Below are positions 15,001 to 29,221 of a stretch of DNA of 64,000 nucleotides, piece by piece; position 1 is the stretch's first letter; each line of letters begins with the position of its first letter. The stretch comes from Trichoplax adhaerens (lineage: Eukaryota > Animalia > Placozoa), in the NCBI RefSeq assembly GCF_000150275.1, contig NW_002060945.1, forward strand, positions 8,882,011 to 8,946,010. Reading direction: 5' to 3'. The position numbers were made by a program, and so were the translations under genes. Below the pieces are notes generated by a model. It was not told the origin of the DNA and did no database searches. It saw nothing but the letters and a program-made list of their open reading frames with translations.

Positions 15001-18000
15001 AAAGGCAAACAAGATCATGACAAATTTTAGTGAATAATCTAATAATAATTCAAACATGTAAATATCTTTCTATAAAGCATATATTTCCGCACTTTCAGCA
15101 TTGGTTCATTTTCGTTTGCGAATATTGCTACAGAACCAAATACCAATTTAAACAATTTAAGGTACAGATTAGACCTTTCAGTATTAGCTGCAAACAAAAA
15201 TTTGGAAATCATTACGTCAAAGAAAATATGCAAGCGCTATTAAGTCATTATCAAATGTTGCATCAACTTTGTGCTTCTGCAGCTATACATACATCCCATT
15301 TCTTCAAGTTTATCCAATAAATAATTGATAAGTATGGATGCGAAGCATGATGATGTCGCGCTATTGGCCAAGAACTGATTCGGGATTATTTGTAAGTTGT
15401 AATTGTTATGAATTCTTTCAACTAGGTAGTCAATGTTGACTTCTATAACTTCCTTAAAACTGCAAGGATTTAGCATAATGAACTAGATATAGAGAAATTA
15501 AATTTGGTTCAGTTATTCTAAAAGCATATCAATATACTGTAGTAATACTCGCATGATGAAACCGTCTGTTAATGAAGTCATGACTTACAACGCCAGAATA
15601 ATGTTCGAGTAATTCTTTTTCATCTCTTTGACGAGAGTTTGTATTGCTTAAGCAAAGATAAAAACAAATAAGTCATGAAAAGCACGATAACAAAAATTAA
15701 ATAAATAAATAACAATTACTTTGTAGAGCGGCTTTGTATAGCAGTGTTAGAGCTATGTCCAATTTTGTGAATATCAAGGGCTCGTAAGCCTATATAAAAC
15801 ATTTAATTTAAAATCACAATTACGGTTATATTATTATCTACTTACTTTAATACAGCACTGTGGCCTAAACTTTCACTCACCATATTTTAATAATCTTGTA
15901 AAAACATTGATTTCTTCCGGTAGAAAATATTTGCTATTTTGGTTACCATAGTTAAGTGCAACTGCATCTACTATGTTTGTTTAGTAACATAAACATTACA
16001 ACTCCAAGTATTATATGAAAATGTACACGACATAATCTTATAAAAGGTACCTCCAGGTATTTTACATGAGCCAGCTCCCCAAGTAATCGTTTTTATTCCT
16101 AGTAAAAGCGTTCTGACCATTGTTCGACAATCATTCACATTCATCGTGGGGGGATGGGATGCAAGACTAGGACCTAATATATTGATGAGCATATATATAT
16201 ATATATGTATTACTGTATACTAATCTTACGTACTTTATAATACCTATCACTGATAGTATCAGAAAGACTTTAAAAATACTCACCAATAGAAGGAGATTTT
16301 TTATCGCTTTCTTGTGAATCAAATTCTAAATCGCCAGAAATAGTACCTAATGAAAGATGATAATAACGATAAGTGGTAGGGAAAAACATGACGTCGAGTC
16401 AAAATTGCTATAAAAATTCTGCTGATATTACCTCCTTCAGAGCTCGTAGTTGCATTACTTCCGCTTGTACTTGATGATTCTTTACTGTATATTGATAATT
16501 TGTTCAATATTAAAATATGTGTTGAAACGAAAAGCTTTAAACCGAGTATACCATACTTTTTTGCGAGCAGGACAGGAACGTGGTTTTTCGCGATATATGT
16601 TAACTTGCGAATAAACACCTCCAACATTCGTATTAAAATTTCACGTCCTTGACCTTCTAGATCGTCAGTAGAGCTCTTTTGGCGAAGACATTCAACCAAG
16701 TTTAATACCAACTGTATCAAAATAATTCCAGATAGGAATTAAAAAACTTTTCGTTATAATCGATAATATGAATCAATGCATAAAAGGACATTGATAGACG
16801 TACCTTGCATGACATCACTTGTATACTTATTGGCAGTAAATCATCATGTATATTTTTAGAAAACAAATGAACAGCCAAAGACAGCTGATTTAGCGGTAAA
16901 TGAGTTCGAACATGATGCACAAGATCGGCAAGAGTGCTGTAAGCTAAAGGTCTAATGTAACAAAGAGTGCTTCTATCAAAAAACATATTTTAAAGCTAAC
17001 AGAGTAAGAACGCAGATAAAATCATAATTTGTATAATCAAACCTGAATGACGTGCGAGCAGTCCAACCAGGGCCAATAAGAACATTCTCATTAAATAATT
17101 TGTCAATTTGTGGAACAAATTCTAGTAGTAACAAATAGATATTGGTATGCGGTATTTAAAAATTTGACTACATGTCACATCCAAGGTATAAAATTAATAA
17201 GGTATAATATTTGAGAGTATATACTGCGTCTTACTATTTCGAAGATCTGTGCTTAGGATATGCCGAATTGCGATGAGTAGATCTCGACGCAGATTAGCGG
17301 CTTCCTAAAATTTATATATAAGTATTTAAAAAAAGTTAGAATACTAATATATCGCAAAATGACAAGTCGATAATTATCTTATTAAGTAGTAATAATGTGT
17401 CTAATTTTTACCGGCGGACAATTTTTTAATAAGCAAATAACACCTTGGACCATGCGAGGAGAATATTTATTAATTTCCTCCTGAATAATCAGTTAGATAA
17501 AGCTTTAGTTACTATGAAGACTACATTTTCTAATTATAAATACGAACTGGAATACTCACCAAAAACACTCGAATCACATATGCTAGAAATGAAAGCATCT
17601 TAATTTGTGCAGTAATGAAGTCGGCATAAAGATCGCGATTAAATGATGGAGCCGATCTACCATGATTAGCAAAATAGGATTAGATCTACTTCAAACTACA
17701 AAATTTAATTTCCAATCCACATCGTAATATTTAAAAGTGATACGTTTACCTAGCACTCTGAGATGGTTGCATCAAAATAGCATCCATAATCAATGGAATA
17801 AAGTCTTCAACTAGCGTATGTACGTTTTGTTTGTATAGCTACCAATATAATAAACAATTCCAAAATCAAATCATTGCTGCTGGAAATTCTTTACAAGAGA
17901 GTAATTTATTCATTTGTTTAAGATAGAATCTAATCAAAGCTGAAAAATTAAAATTACTGTATTCAAGACCTGATACATGAGGACGACGATTAAAGGCAGT

Positions 18001-19784
18001 TCCGCCAATACTTTTAACGATGTTAGCGCAGATTGTAATTTTACCTGTAATAAATGAAATAATCCCATATATTAACACAAAATATGATTGTATAATTTTA
18101 AATTGATACTTACCGGTTGTTTCGATTGCTTCGTACCAGCAGATACAGGGGCCGAGCTACTTGAAGCAGCCACACCGCCAGAACCTCCTCCAATAGAACT
18201 AGCAGCAACAGCTGTAGATGAATTAGATGCTTCTATAGATGTGGTGGCTTTCATTTCGAAAATATCATTCTGTACGGAAAATACCACGTAATGAGCTTGA
18301 CAATTTAATTAGCCTGACTAGAATCAATGATTACTGTGTTTCTACATACAAAGTTGGCTGGCAAGTCAGTGTAAATCTTTTTGATAAAATTTAGAAATTG
18401 CTGCACCTATTTAAGTATACAAAAGCGAACGTTAAAACAGAGTGATAACAAGATCGATGATACTTAATCTGATAGTGAACTAGGTAGATTTACTATTTGT
18501 ACAAAGACTACAAAGTAAGCTATTTGAAAAAACTTACCTCTGATCCAATAGGTGGTCTAAACTGTTTATGTAATTCGATAATGATTCTGATACAAACTAA
18601 AGCGATTTCTTCATTTTCCTCCTAAAGACCACACGATAAAGTAAGCACAAAAGAAATTCTTCGTAACTAGTTAAAAGTACTACAATTTTTAGAATATTTC
18701 TTCGATAATTAATGGTCATAACGTAAATCTATTTTATAACATACCTTGATTAAACTAAAGGCCAATTGCAAGACCGGCTATAAAATATAAAGGAAATGAT
18801 ATCAATAGTAGTTTTATTTAAATCAGTTGATTAAGCTTATTAAGGTCAAGTCAGAGATTACAACACATCAAGTAATATTGAAATGCAACCTTAACATGAT
18901 TTTTCATGGCTTCATTTGGAGGAATACGATGTATAATTTCTAGTATTAGTTTGCGAAGTTGCTAATTTTGCAAAAGTACATAGGAAAGGTATTACAGCAG
19001 TCGGCATTTAATATTATAGTAGTATGTGCACATGTAATATAATTCTGTTTTGGGTAATTATATTACTTATTTCCATGTTATTTAGTCAAAAGAGATTGGG
19101 GAATAATAGACATACTGTAACAACCATATATTTAATTTCACCTGTACTGGACTATCATAAAGTTGTGGCTTGGCTATAACATACAAAATACACATTGTTA
19201 CATATGAGAAATAATATTCAATTATTTGTTGTGATACATAAGTCTACATAAAAATCAACTTAAAATTGAGAGATAGCAAATAAATGATTGTCATACTATG
19301 GTATACAATGTTGATGATAGCTCAGACGTTAGTTACTTGTTTAGCTTTTATAAGACAGTGCAACTGGTACTGAACTTACTATGCAGTCTACCTGTACTAA
19401 AGCATCTATAACATCAAATTGTAACCATATTTATCAATATTATATATCATGCATAACTAAATAGAAATCTGATGTCTACTTGAGAGGACTTACTTGTGCG
19501 CAGATAATTTAAAAATTTAGGCATGACACTTTCGAGAAAAGTCGAATATTGAGGTGATGCTAGCATTGTCTATATTTCAACGAGAAATATAACGATATAA
19601 GATATGAATAGAAATTTGCAATATGTATACATCTATTATTCTATACTGATATTATTTCGCGTTCTAAGAAATAGTAGTGAGTAAGAGCAAAAAGTACAGT
19701 TTGCATGCATAAGATCGGAACTATCATTGCAAACCTCCAGGTTTTCGCTAAATTCTTGCATGGCTTGTAATTTTGAATCATCGT
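1..19784 (-). CDS. TRRAP: Transformation/transcription domain-associated protein (TRRAP/Tra1, PIKK pseudokinase); multi-exon, 3' end beyond window start, first coding exon unresolved
   Basis: Spliced exons give [82 protein letters not shown] and [15 protein letters not shown]. The large exon 5987-2799 encodes the FAT region ([35 protein letters not shown]). Kinase-like exons give [18 protein letters not shown] and [16 protein letters not shown]. These match TRRAP as recalled; the junctions checked are GT-AG and in frame. Confidence 0.97.
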
Positions 19785-20957
19785 CTAAATTGAAATAGTG
19801 GAAAAGTAATTTCATGTTCAATAGCTTGCATATGATAAAGAGCAAAAGGATGCAGTAATATGATGAAATGCAATTGTTGCAAATGAACATCATTCATAGG
19901 GTCATTTCGATCGATAGAGTGTAAAATTTTCTAACAAATTGAGAAAGCGTTGTGCATGCAACGCCGATTATTTCAATACAACGCATAAACATAGCTACAG
20001 ATGCAATTAGCTAACAAATGATAATCATTAAAATAGAATAGATAAATGAAATGTGAATTACTCTGTTCTGATATGGATTGCATCAATTTACGATATAATG
20101 TACATTACAAATTCAGCTGAATAATTTAATTTGCAATTTTTAGAATCGATTTACAGAAGAATGCGTCATGCTAGCAAGTTATTATTCAATCAACGAATAA
20201 AATAATTATGAGGATTCCAGCTATTTTAATGGCTTTACTAAGATTGAATGCTATAATTTATACTGTACTTGGAGGTTGATGTTGCTGTAAGTATAAAATA
20301 ATTGATATGGACGATGAAATGTTATCGCCATTCAAAGTACTGCAAGCAACAGTTGAGCGATTGCATAGAGTCAATGAGACTCAATGATGGAAATGCTAGG
20401 TCTGGCCTAACGGTCCCAATGCCATCTTTTCCGTGGTCTATCTTCTAATATCATACATTTTATTTTTTAGCCTTAAGTAGGATAATTTTATACTTTCCTA
20501 ATCTTTAGTTCGAGCTTGATTTTAACTTACCAATTGTGATAATACTAATACTGGACAAGATTGAAGTTTTTTTTGCAATTTAAACTGAGAAGATTCCCCT
20601 TAGGAATCAACCATTTTGGGCCTCTTCTTCAGCACTTGAGTAAACCGTTGAAGAAGTGCTACAGTATAAAAAGCATTCAACAGCGGGCTTAGTCTTGATA
20701 CTCGAAATCTCGAATACGTACAGTATGGGTTCTGCACTACAGTTACAGAGGTATAGGTAGAGTAGAGTACAGTACAAGTGCGCTTGGACGTTACGGTACT
20801 ATCCCGTCTTGGTACAGTACACAGCCGAATTGTGCAAAAAAGCCAGTCATAGCTAAGTAGTCATACGCACTACCATTTCCTATAGAATACAAACTATACT
20901 AGATTCAAAGATGAGACATAAAGGTGACAACTTTTTTTGCACACCTCGAGTCGAGCC

Positions 20958-20978
20958 GTACTGTACTGTACTGTACTG
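20958..20978. repeat. (GTACT)4 pentamer microsatellite upstream of TRRAP
   Basis: Sequence reads gtactgtactgtactgtactg; further GTACA/CAGTA words occur at 20767-20820. Confidence 0.9.
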
Positions 20979-21012
20979 AACCTTTATTTTACAGTACATT
21001 GTACGCTACTCG

Positions 21013-21040
21013 TTCAGACCATCAAATCCGATGGTCTGAA
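21013..21040. other. Perfect 11-bp stem hairpin abutting the 158-bp array
   Basis: ttcagaccatc-aaatcc-gatggtctgaa. Confidence 0.85.
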
Positions 21041-21041
21041 G

Positions 21042-21509
21042 CCATCATGTTTACAGGGATCAGCACAGACTAAACGAATGAGGAACCATGGAGGAACTGA
21101 GTAGTTGTAGGGACTTGTCTATGATAAATTGGCAAAAAGAGAGAGATCAAGATTGCTTTCCGGCATTTTGACACCTTCTATTGCATTCGATGTCTTGTAC
21201 CATCATGTGTACAGGGATCAGCACAGACTAAACGAATGAGGAACCATGGAGGAACTGAGTAGTTGTAGGGACTTGTCCATGATAAATTGGCAAAAAGAGA
21301 GAGATCAAGATTGCTTTCCGGCATTTTGACACCTTCCATTGCATTCGATGTCTTGTACCATCATGTGTACAGGGATCAGCACAGACTAAACGAATGAGGA
21401 ACCATGGAGGAACTGAGTAGTTGTAGGGACTTGTCAATGATATATTGGCAAAAAGAGAGAGATCAACATCACTTTCCGGCATTTTTATACCTTCCCATTG
21501 CATTCGATG
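21042..21509. repeat. Tandem repeat, 3 x 158 bp, near-identical
   Basis: Unit ccatcatgt(g/t)tacagggatcagcacagactaaacg... starts at 21042, 21200 and 21358. Confidence 0.95.
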
Positions 21510-23537
21510 ACTAGCAGCGATACAACTTGGATCACATCGGGATCTTATATGCTGATCCTTCTGCTTAATTTGTTGGTATTAAGTTACTAATCGTTGATGA
21601 GAGAGAGGCGACCGATCCATCGTAGTGATGGCCACGAAGTCTCACACCGCTGTTGACAAAGGTTATTGCACAATGCATACTAGACCGCCTTAGCTTTGCA
21701 AATTTATGTTGCAGATATCGCTGATTTCAACGATGTCTGTAGCATAACATAAATTTGCAAGGCTAAGGCAGTCTAATGCACAGACGTTGCTGAAAGAGCT
21801 GCTCTTTCTATACTGTGTCTCCTATGATCCCTAGACCACATTATACATGCAGTATATGCTTCAGTGTAGTGTTGCATTGGGATACTTGAGGACTTTTGAG
21901 CTAAATTAGAGCTAAAAACCCGGATCTCTTGATGCCTAATACTGCCTAGATGATGCCTTAAGCATCCAGCATGTTCGGTAGTGCGGATCAAGGGATTTTT
22001 TTTAAAAGTCCCTAGCACAGATGCTGTATCCTATTGCATGCACTACATTCCGTGCGATGGAGTCTGCTATACACTGCATGTAAAACAGTCAAAAAAATAA
22101 ATACTGTGGTGTACAGTATACGTAACTATCAGAAACGTCTGCGATTTTGAGCTTCATAAACCTACTGAATGGAAAGTCCTTGCTCTTAACAGCTTACTGG
22201 ATAATTGGTGCTACGTTAAGAGATTTTAAATAAACTGCAGCATTACCAAGCGTTAAGCTTATTGTGCTATAATTACGAGTGTAAGGATGCTAATTTTCTT
22301 TCTTTGTATATTCAGCCTAATAGAATGCCATTTACGCACTGTCTTATCATTCAGAGCAGATTTCTATACGAGTGTTTTTAACATATCGGAGATATTTGAC
22401 AAGACAATGATGAAAATATGAGAATCTACAACAACTACGTGTGTACATTATCGCTATATACAACTAAAAAAAACAATTAATCACGCGATAGTTCAATGCC
22501 GTAACAGAAGAAAGCAATATACGAGTATTGTTCATTATCATCAGATTATTAAACTACAAAGCTCTATCAGTACTTCAATTTCGTATTGCCAATGATAAAC
22601 ATGTATTTGTTGTAGTAATGCATTATAGGTAACATGTGTCCCTGCCTTACTAGATGATAAAACACAATGCTAGTAAGGATCATGTAAGGACGACATTGAA
22701 GCATACGCTGTAATACGTGATCAATTTAATACCAATACTTTATTAACCAGCTACAGTTAAAAGTAACAACCTTATTATTAATATAAATGCATTTATTACA
22801 TAACCCTTACGAATGTACTATACAATATCGTAAAGCTACCATTTCACTGGAATCCAGTTCAAATTTATGCTTGCTGCACAAGAATATATGTACATTTTTA
22901 ACAGATTATACTATATATCTATGCCAATGAAAATAAATTACTGAAAGTGTCGTCATTGTTCATGAAACACTATAGTATTTCGACTGACATCATCTTTACT
23001 ACATAGTTTGTAACCGGTTTATAAGCTCCATATATTTTCTTTTCAAAGCATACGAGATGAAGAAATAAAACGGTAATAACAGTCTAACTGTTCTTATTTA
23101 TAATGTTGCAGTTCAAGCAAAGTTATAAGGTATACGAAAGGTATCCTTGACGGTTATAGTGTAAATTTTATCAATGTTAAAATTGTCTTACGATATTTAT
23201 CAGAATAGGAAAGTTTCATGCTTCCTTGGTTAACAGTTATATATCATAAAAGGGTTAGCTGCTGCACATATTACAATATGCAGGTAAGGTACACGAGAGG
23301 CATACTAATCCTCATTTTACTATACCGATGTTTACATATACAATCTCAGTGGTAGTAGATTGTGTGTTACATTTAAGCATAACGTACTGTATCAACATGT
23401 AGTTTTACTGCAATTTATATTGTAAGCTTCGATAAATGCAAACTGCAGCGAATTGTCAGATAATCCATGTCAAGACTTTAAAAATGTATAATTCTTGCAG
23501 ATTGACAAGCGATTAATGTAGAAAGTGAATGTTCCCT

Positions 23538-26500
23538 TCATCTTGGTCGAATCGGTTTTTTCGTTGCAACTTTTTTAAAGATTTCTTTCTGATAAATAAG
23601 CAGTTTTTCGACAATACGATTCTGATACACAGTATTTGCAGCAATGTTAGACGTAAGTGTTGTCTTCATAAGATTTGGTCCCCAAACAATGCTCAAATTG
23701 GAAGCATTCATCTTGGTTTTTTCAACATTATTTACGATCCTTATAAGATATACAAAACATAGTTACAAATTTATTTCACTGGCCAATCAGACCAATATAG
23801 TTATCAATTCGTAGATAATTATGTACGAGTATATGCTGTACTGAAACAAATGCAATATTAAATCGATAAGTGCAGGGTTAAAGTAAATTCTAAGGCTAAC
23901 CAATAATTTCATACCTTGTAAGATGAAGCATTAGACTATGAAGCGTTTGACTGGTGTAAATAGAACAAGAGTTGATGTAATCAGTTAAAAGTTTCATAAT
24001 TGCATGCTCACTTCCTTTTTCTGAAATAAATAAATTGTTATTGTTAATCCAACATAAGTATGAGAATATGCGAATCTTCACATTAGAAGCAGATGGCAAT
24101 TATACTTAAAGCTATAATAAAATCGTCAAATAACGATTTCGAAAGTAAGGATTCCGGCAGTTCTCGAAAGTATAATTTAATAGCACTTGTTAGTACTGGA
24201 ACATCTTTCCATAAATCGTCCTCCAGATCCAGCTTTAATTCTAACATTAAGAAAAATTTTTACAATTGGTTACTTTCTTGTTTGCATCTATCGTACCTAG
24301 AAGAATCTGTTCATTTGAAAACATAAATAAAATAGGATAAAGTCTGAATCGAATCGACAATCTAAGTTCACACCTTGATCAACCATATATTTTATCTTGT
24401 TGACCAACGCCATATTACCGCCAACTCTATACAAGCCTTCGTTATCCAAACCTTCGATAAACAAGATAAAAACTGTAATACTTTTCACTTGTCAATATAA
24501 TACGCAAACAGTTCATAAATAATAACTTGAAGGAATAACATACCATATTTCTCAATCTGGGATAGACATAATTGAACGAATAAAGGAACAGATCCTTGTT
24601 CACGCTCGCAAAGGGAATCAAGTGGGCAACCAAATATTTGTTCTTTGAAATAAAAATTTTAAAAATAATACTTTTAGTGTACCGTATCAATAAAATAGTT
24701 TACCGGTATAATTTATGTAAACATTAGCTTTGTAAAATACAGTACCTCTTAAGATGCCTTTTTGTTTTAATACATCAACTGGAGGCCGACGTGCTAAAAG
24801 TCTTTTAAGCATCATCCGCAATCGTTCAAAAGATTGTTCACTTTCATTGTATATTTCTACATTACCAATGGAATGTAAATATTTTTAAATTCTTGCTATA
24901 ACATAATCATAAAAGCTAAGCAAAATTTATAACTTTTAATGTTGAATTATCGGTTTATTTATGAATACGGACCTGCTACTTCATTTAGACCATCGCCATC
25001 AATATATTCCACTGGATCTGAAATTACAATAACAATAATAACAATAATAACATTATGGCTCGTATTACCATCAATTTGCTGTATACTGTAGTTCAAGTAT
25101 GGTCGAAAGTAATAACTTTACCAGTCCGATGTCCTCGACTCTGTAAAAATTAAAACAGTAACTTTATTTAATGTGAGAATTTTACTAATGCGAGCGATAT
25201 CAATTAAGCTCGTGAAACATTAGCAAAAAACAAGTATTTAGTAAGTTACATTAACTTAATCTATGCTTCATAGTATATATTAATACTAACATATTTCCGT
25301 ATATGTTCATCCAATTTCTGGAACCATTCCGCTTTCTCTCCTCTTCTATCAAAATGTAGCATGAATACTAAACCGGACTGACACGCAATCTAAAAAGAAA
25401 TGAAGTTAGTGAGAATAAATATGAAAAAGACCAAAATTTTAGATTAACGATATATAATTATCTACCAGCATAACGTTCTTTTTTTTGCTAAAACTGCAAT
25501 CTAAGAGAATTCCGGCTCCCCGAATATCACATTTACTTTCTTGCTTATCCAAAAAAGCTGACATGACTTTCTATTAAACGACAGCAAACAAATTATTTAT
25601 TGACAAATTACATTACATAGGCTATTCTACAACTAAAATGCCATTGTAACGAATGTCAATCAATCGGAACCTTAGCTAATTTGACATCCTTATAGAACAC
25701 CAAATAAAATCCTCGTAGTTCTACATACAATGGAATCCATGACATTTTTCTAAAATGAGGCCAAAAATGCTCACTCAACGGGTATAATACTAATCAAATA
25801 CATCAGCAACGCAAATTAGGATGCTTACTTGACTCTGACTTTCCCTACATCCAATAACTTCTTACGCGTAACTATTCCACTGTTTGCCAAAGCCTTAATT
25901 AATTTAGAAAATATAATTTTTTTGTTATTAAATTACAACTGTCGGAGTAGGTGCAAACAGTGATCTACAGTAGACGAGTAATGCATCGACAGAAACAACG
26001 TACTAGGGTATCAGCCGATGTTTGATATATTTCATCTTCTTCAAAATTTTCAACGATATCGTCCGGTTCTTCTTTGCTTATAGGTGCTACCATGACCTAC
26101 ATAAAATTTAACAAACGGTATAACAAGCGAATATGATCCAAATCTTAAAACCATAGCAGTAATATTTCAATAGAAGATTTACATACCCGCTCTCCTTGCA
26201 GTAATCTTATATCTGGTAAGTCCCATTTCGATTGCGATCTGTCAGAGTTATAGTAATAGGTTCTATCTTGGTTATCACGGCAACCGTACCACTGTAAAAA
26301 AAATTTTCATTATAGTAAGGATAAAATTAACGCAGACATATACTTTATCAATAAATCATCGTATCGTAAACCTACAATTTCGCCATTATGTGGATTTTTG
26401 AATGTTTTTTTACCAGACCTAGAGTCAATCTCGACTTTCCATCCTTTATACAACGAGTTTGTGGTACGCTAATATATTCCAATTATATTATCCATTTATT

Positions 26501-28130
26501 AGTAATAAGCCAATATTGAAATGATACCAACTCTCATTGATGACAAATAAATGACAGATGCGCAGTTCGTACGTCATAAAATCATGTAAACTGCAACAGC
26601 TAATCTTGCAGATAACATTGTACTACAGTAATAATACTACAATCACCAATATCATGTAGAATTTAATTGTTCAGTCCATATCAAGCAATACATCCGAGCG
26701 TAACAACTATCTACCTCATCCGCAGAATTATCTCTTCGTTCTTTGGTATTTCTGGCATCAGTAACTTCTCTCTTATCCCTTCGCCCAGTTTCTTCTTTCG
26801 CTTCTTCCGCCTAGAATATGATGGCAGTGTGAAATATTGATAATCATGATAAGAGCCTATTTTAGACTACAACATAACTTATTTATATGAAACGTAAGTT
26901 TGAGAGGTAGCTATAGGTAATACCAGGGATTTAAAATCTGTAATATGTTCGTAATCTACAGCAGATGGCATATTTTCATGACGATCGCTTTGATCAATAT
27001 TTTTAGATCTAGTATTTCTTCCTTCCATCTACAAATTGTGTAAATAACGTAGTACAATATGAGTACTATACACAAGACAAATTATATATTTATTATCTAT
27101 TATCTGTTATAAAACGATTGAAGTAAACTGATACATCTAATGCTATTTCTAACATCGTATACTGTTGCCACAATATTGAAGAATTAGTCCCAGTTACAAC
27201 TAATTTAATGATAAAGGCAAAGCGTCCATGAATACACATAAAGTATATTACAGCTTAAACTAGTTCGTTGAATATATTGAACAATCTTACTTCATAGGTA
27301 AGATATTAAAGGTAGTAAATGAAATTATGAACATGAAAGTTAGAGCATCATGACGTAATTATGATGTTAATGTTTTAAATTAATTAATATTAAAACCTTC
27401 TGAGAGAAAATTAAAGCTAAATATCAAGCAGAATATTTCAATCCATTTAAGGAAAGCAAATCGGGAAAAAGTACCAAAGTATATTTATGACAAGCTGTTC
27501 AAAATTTAAGGGCGAGATTTTTTAATGCTTATAAAGCATATATGGTATAAAGTCTTTTCAGCAATAACAATTAAAATACAGAAATAGAAAAACAATTACC
27601 GCAGGCGATAATGAGCGTGCATTGGATGCTTTTGGAATTCTCATGCTGTTCGCGCGAGCAGAATCATCGTGTAGACTCCGTAATTGGTGATAATCTTTAC
27701 TTCGAAAACGATTCTCTATAAGCATATCATCGTTAGTTTTTCGGCCACGATTCACCTGAGGGTTTACTTCAGCTTCATTTTTATGCCAGTTTGGACGTTT
27801 TTTCTGACTACCAGAGTAAGTTCGAGGGATTTTTTCATCAAAAGATTCTACATCCTCATCATAATCAGTATTTGTAATTCGTTGTTCTTTTGAAGCATCA
27901 TCCGTAGAATTTTTTTTCGGTCGATCACTCTCTATACCGGCTCGAAATTCCTCTATACGGTCTGTCGGTAGGTAAAAATAACCCCCATCTTTCGATTCCA
28001 CGTACCACCATTCATCATTTGCCTTCTTTATCAACTTGTAGATACTATTAACTTGAGCAGAAATTATCGTCCCATCGTCGTTCGTGTAAATAATAGGCTT
28101 TATAACTCGTACCAAGCTGATATTTGACAT
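23538..28130 (-). CDS. ARHGAP12: Rho GTPase-activating protein, ARHGAP12/27/9/15 family (SH3-WW-WW-PH-RhoGAP); closest paralogue uncertain
   Basis: N-terminal SH3 (KKANDEWWYVESKDGGYFYLP), WW-like segments (GWKVEIDSRSGKKTFKNPHNGEI / WYGCRDNQDRTYYYNSDRSQSKWDLP) and a PH domain (SWIPLYVELRGFYLVFYKD). It carries the family motif LKRLLARRPPVDVLKQKGILR-EQIFGCPL and a RhoGAP domain with the arginine finger GLYRVGGN and MNASNLSIVWGPNL. Stop TGA at 23540-23538. Confidence 0.88.
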
Positions 28131-29221
28131 TATTTTTAACCAAACTAGTGCTGTAAGTAATTCTAGCTACTAAAATACTGTAGTATCGAATAAGGTGATT
28201 GGAGTTCGTGGCACAGTCCGTTATACCAATTAGACAATATCAAGCCAAATAACAATGATATATAGTCCTTAATGAGTATAAGCCTTGGGTAAGAGTTTTA
28301 TTAGGTAATTTCTGAATTTACTCAATTTGGAAGAAGCAAATGAGTGTGTTTCCTCCTTCTGGACAACGTGACAATACAGATACAATATGATAATATCGCT
28401 GTTATAACGAAAGAAGAATAGCCATGAAAAGGTTAAAAACGCATTATTTGTAGTCGTATTTTTTATTTTTCTATTTCTAAGAATCGACTATTTGTAGCTG
28501 TATTTTTATATTATTTTCCTATCTCTAATTCATATAGTTACAGTGTTACAATTCAGGACTTTTGCAAGATCTATACTGACCAAGATTGTCAACGGCGGCC
28601 AAAGAAGTTGATTGTAGTAGATTTCTAAATGACATTCATGAATCAATAAAGCACTCCACACAACCACTTTGCAAATAAAATTTGCTCTGTCGACTATATT
28701 ACAAAACAGTAGAGCAACAAATGTTACCAAACAGTCGTACGCAAGAATACCAAATCAAAAAGTGAAAGGTCAAAATTTTGATCTTAATCATGTATACTTG
28801 TAATACTACAAGATGATGTATTATCATGTATAGCGCGTTCATTTCTAGTGATATGTTGACAGTTACTATTGCTTGACGACCTTTCAAGGTATATTTTGAG
28901 AGAATTTGAATGAATAGAAAGCATATTATATTTATTATTATTATTATTTTCATATACGAACTTTCAGCGTGACACATTATAATACATGTACGTACTTTTT
29001 CTTTTAACAGTAGAAAGAATCCGTCTGAAGGTAGACAACCGCAAGCCCCAATGAGAGTCAAGTTTGTAGATCGGAAGTTAATATTATTATTATCATACAC
29101 ATAAAGGAAGATGTATTACGCCTATCTAGGGTTAGACTGCAGGCTACTTCTACGTAATAAATGCACCTCAATAACGATATCCCCATACATTTACAGTATT
29201 AACGTCAACGTCCAAAATTAC

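Noticed and set aside
20062-20425. Candidate TRRAP first exons (MQSISEQ at 20083-20062; MALG near 20425)
   Set aside because: The first is phase-compatible but similarity to TRRAP N-termini is too weak to choose; left unresolved.
21228-21503. 91-aa ORF on the minus strand
   Set aside because: Lies wholly within the 158-bp repeat, whose unit length is not a multiple of three.
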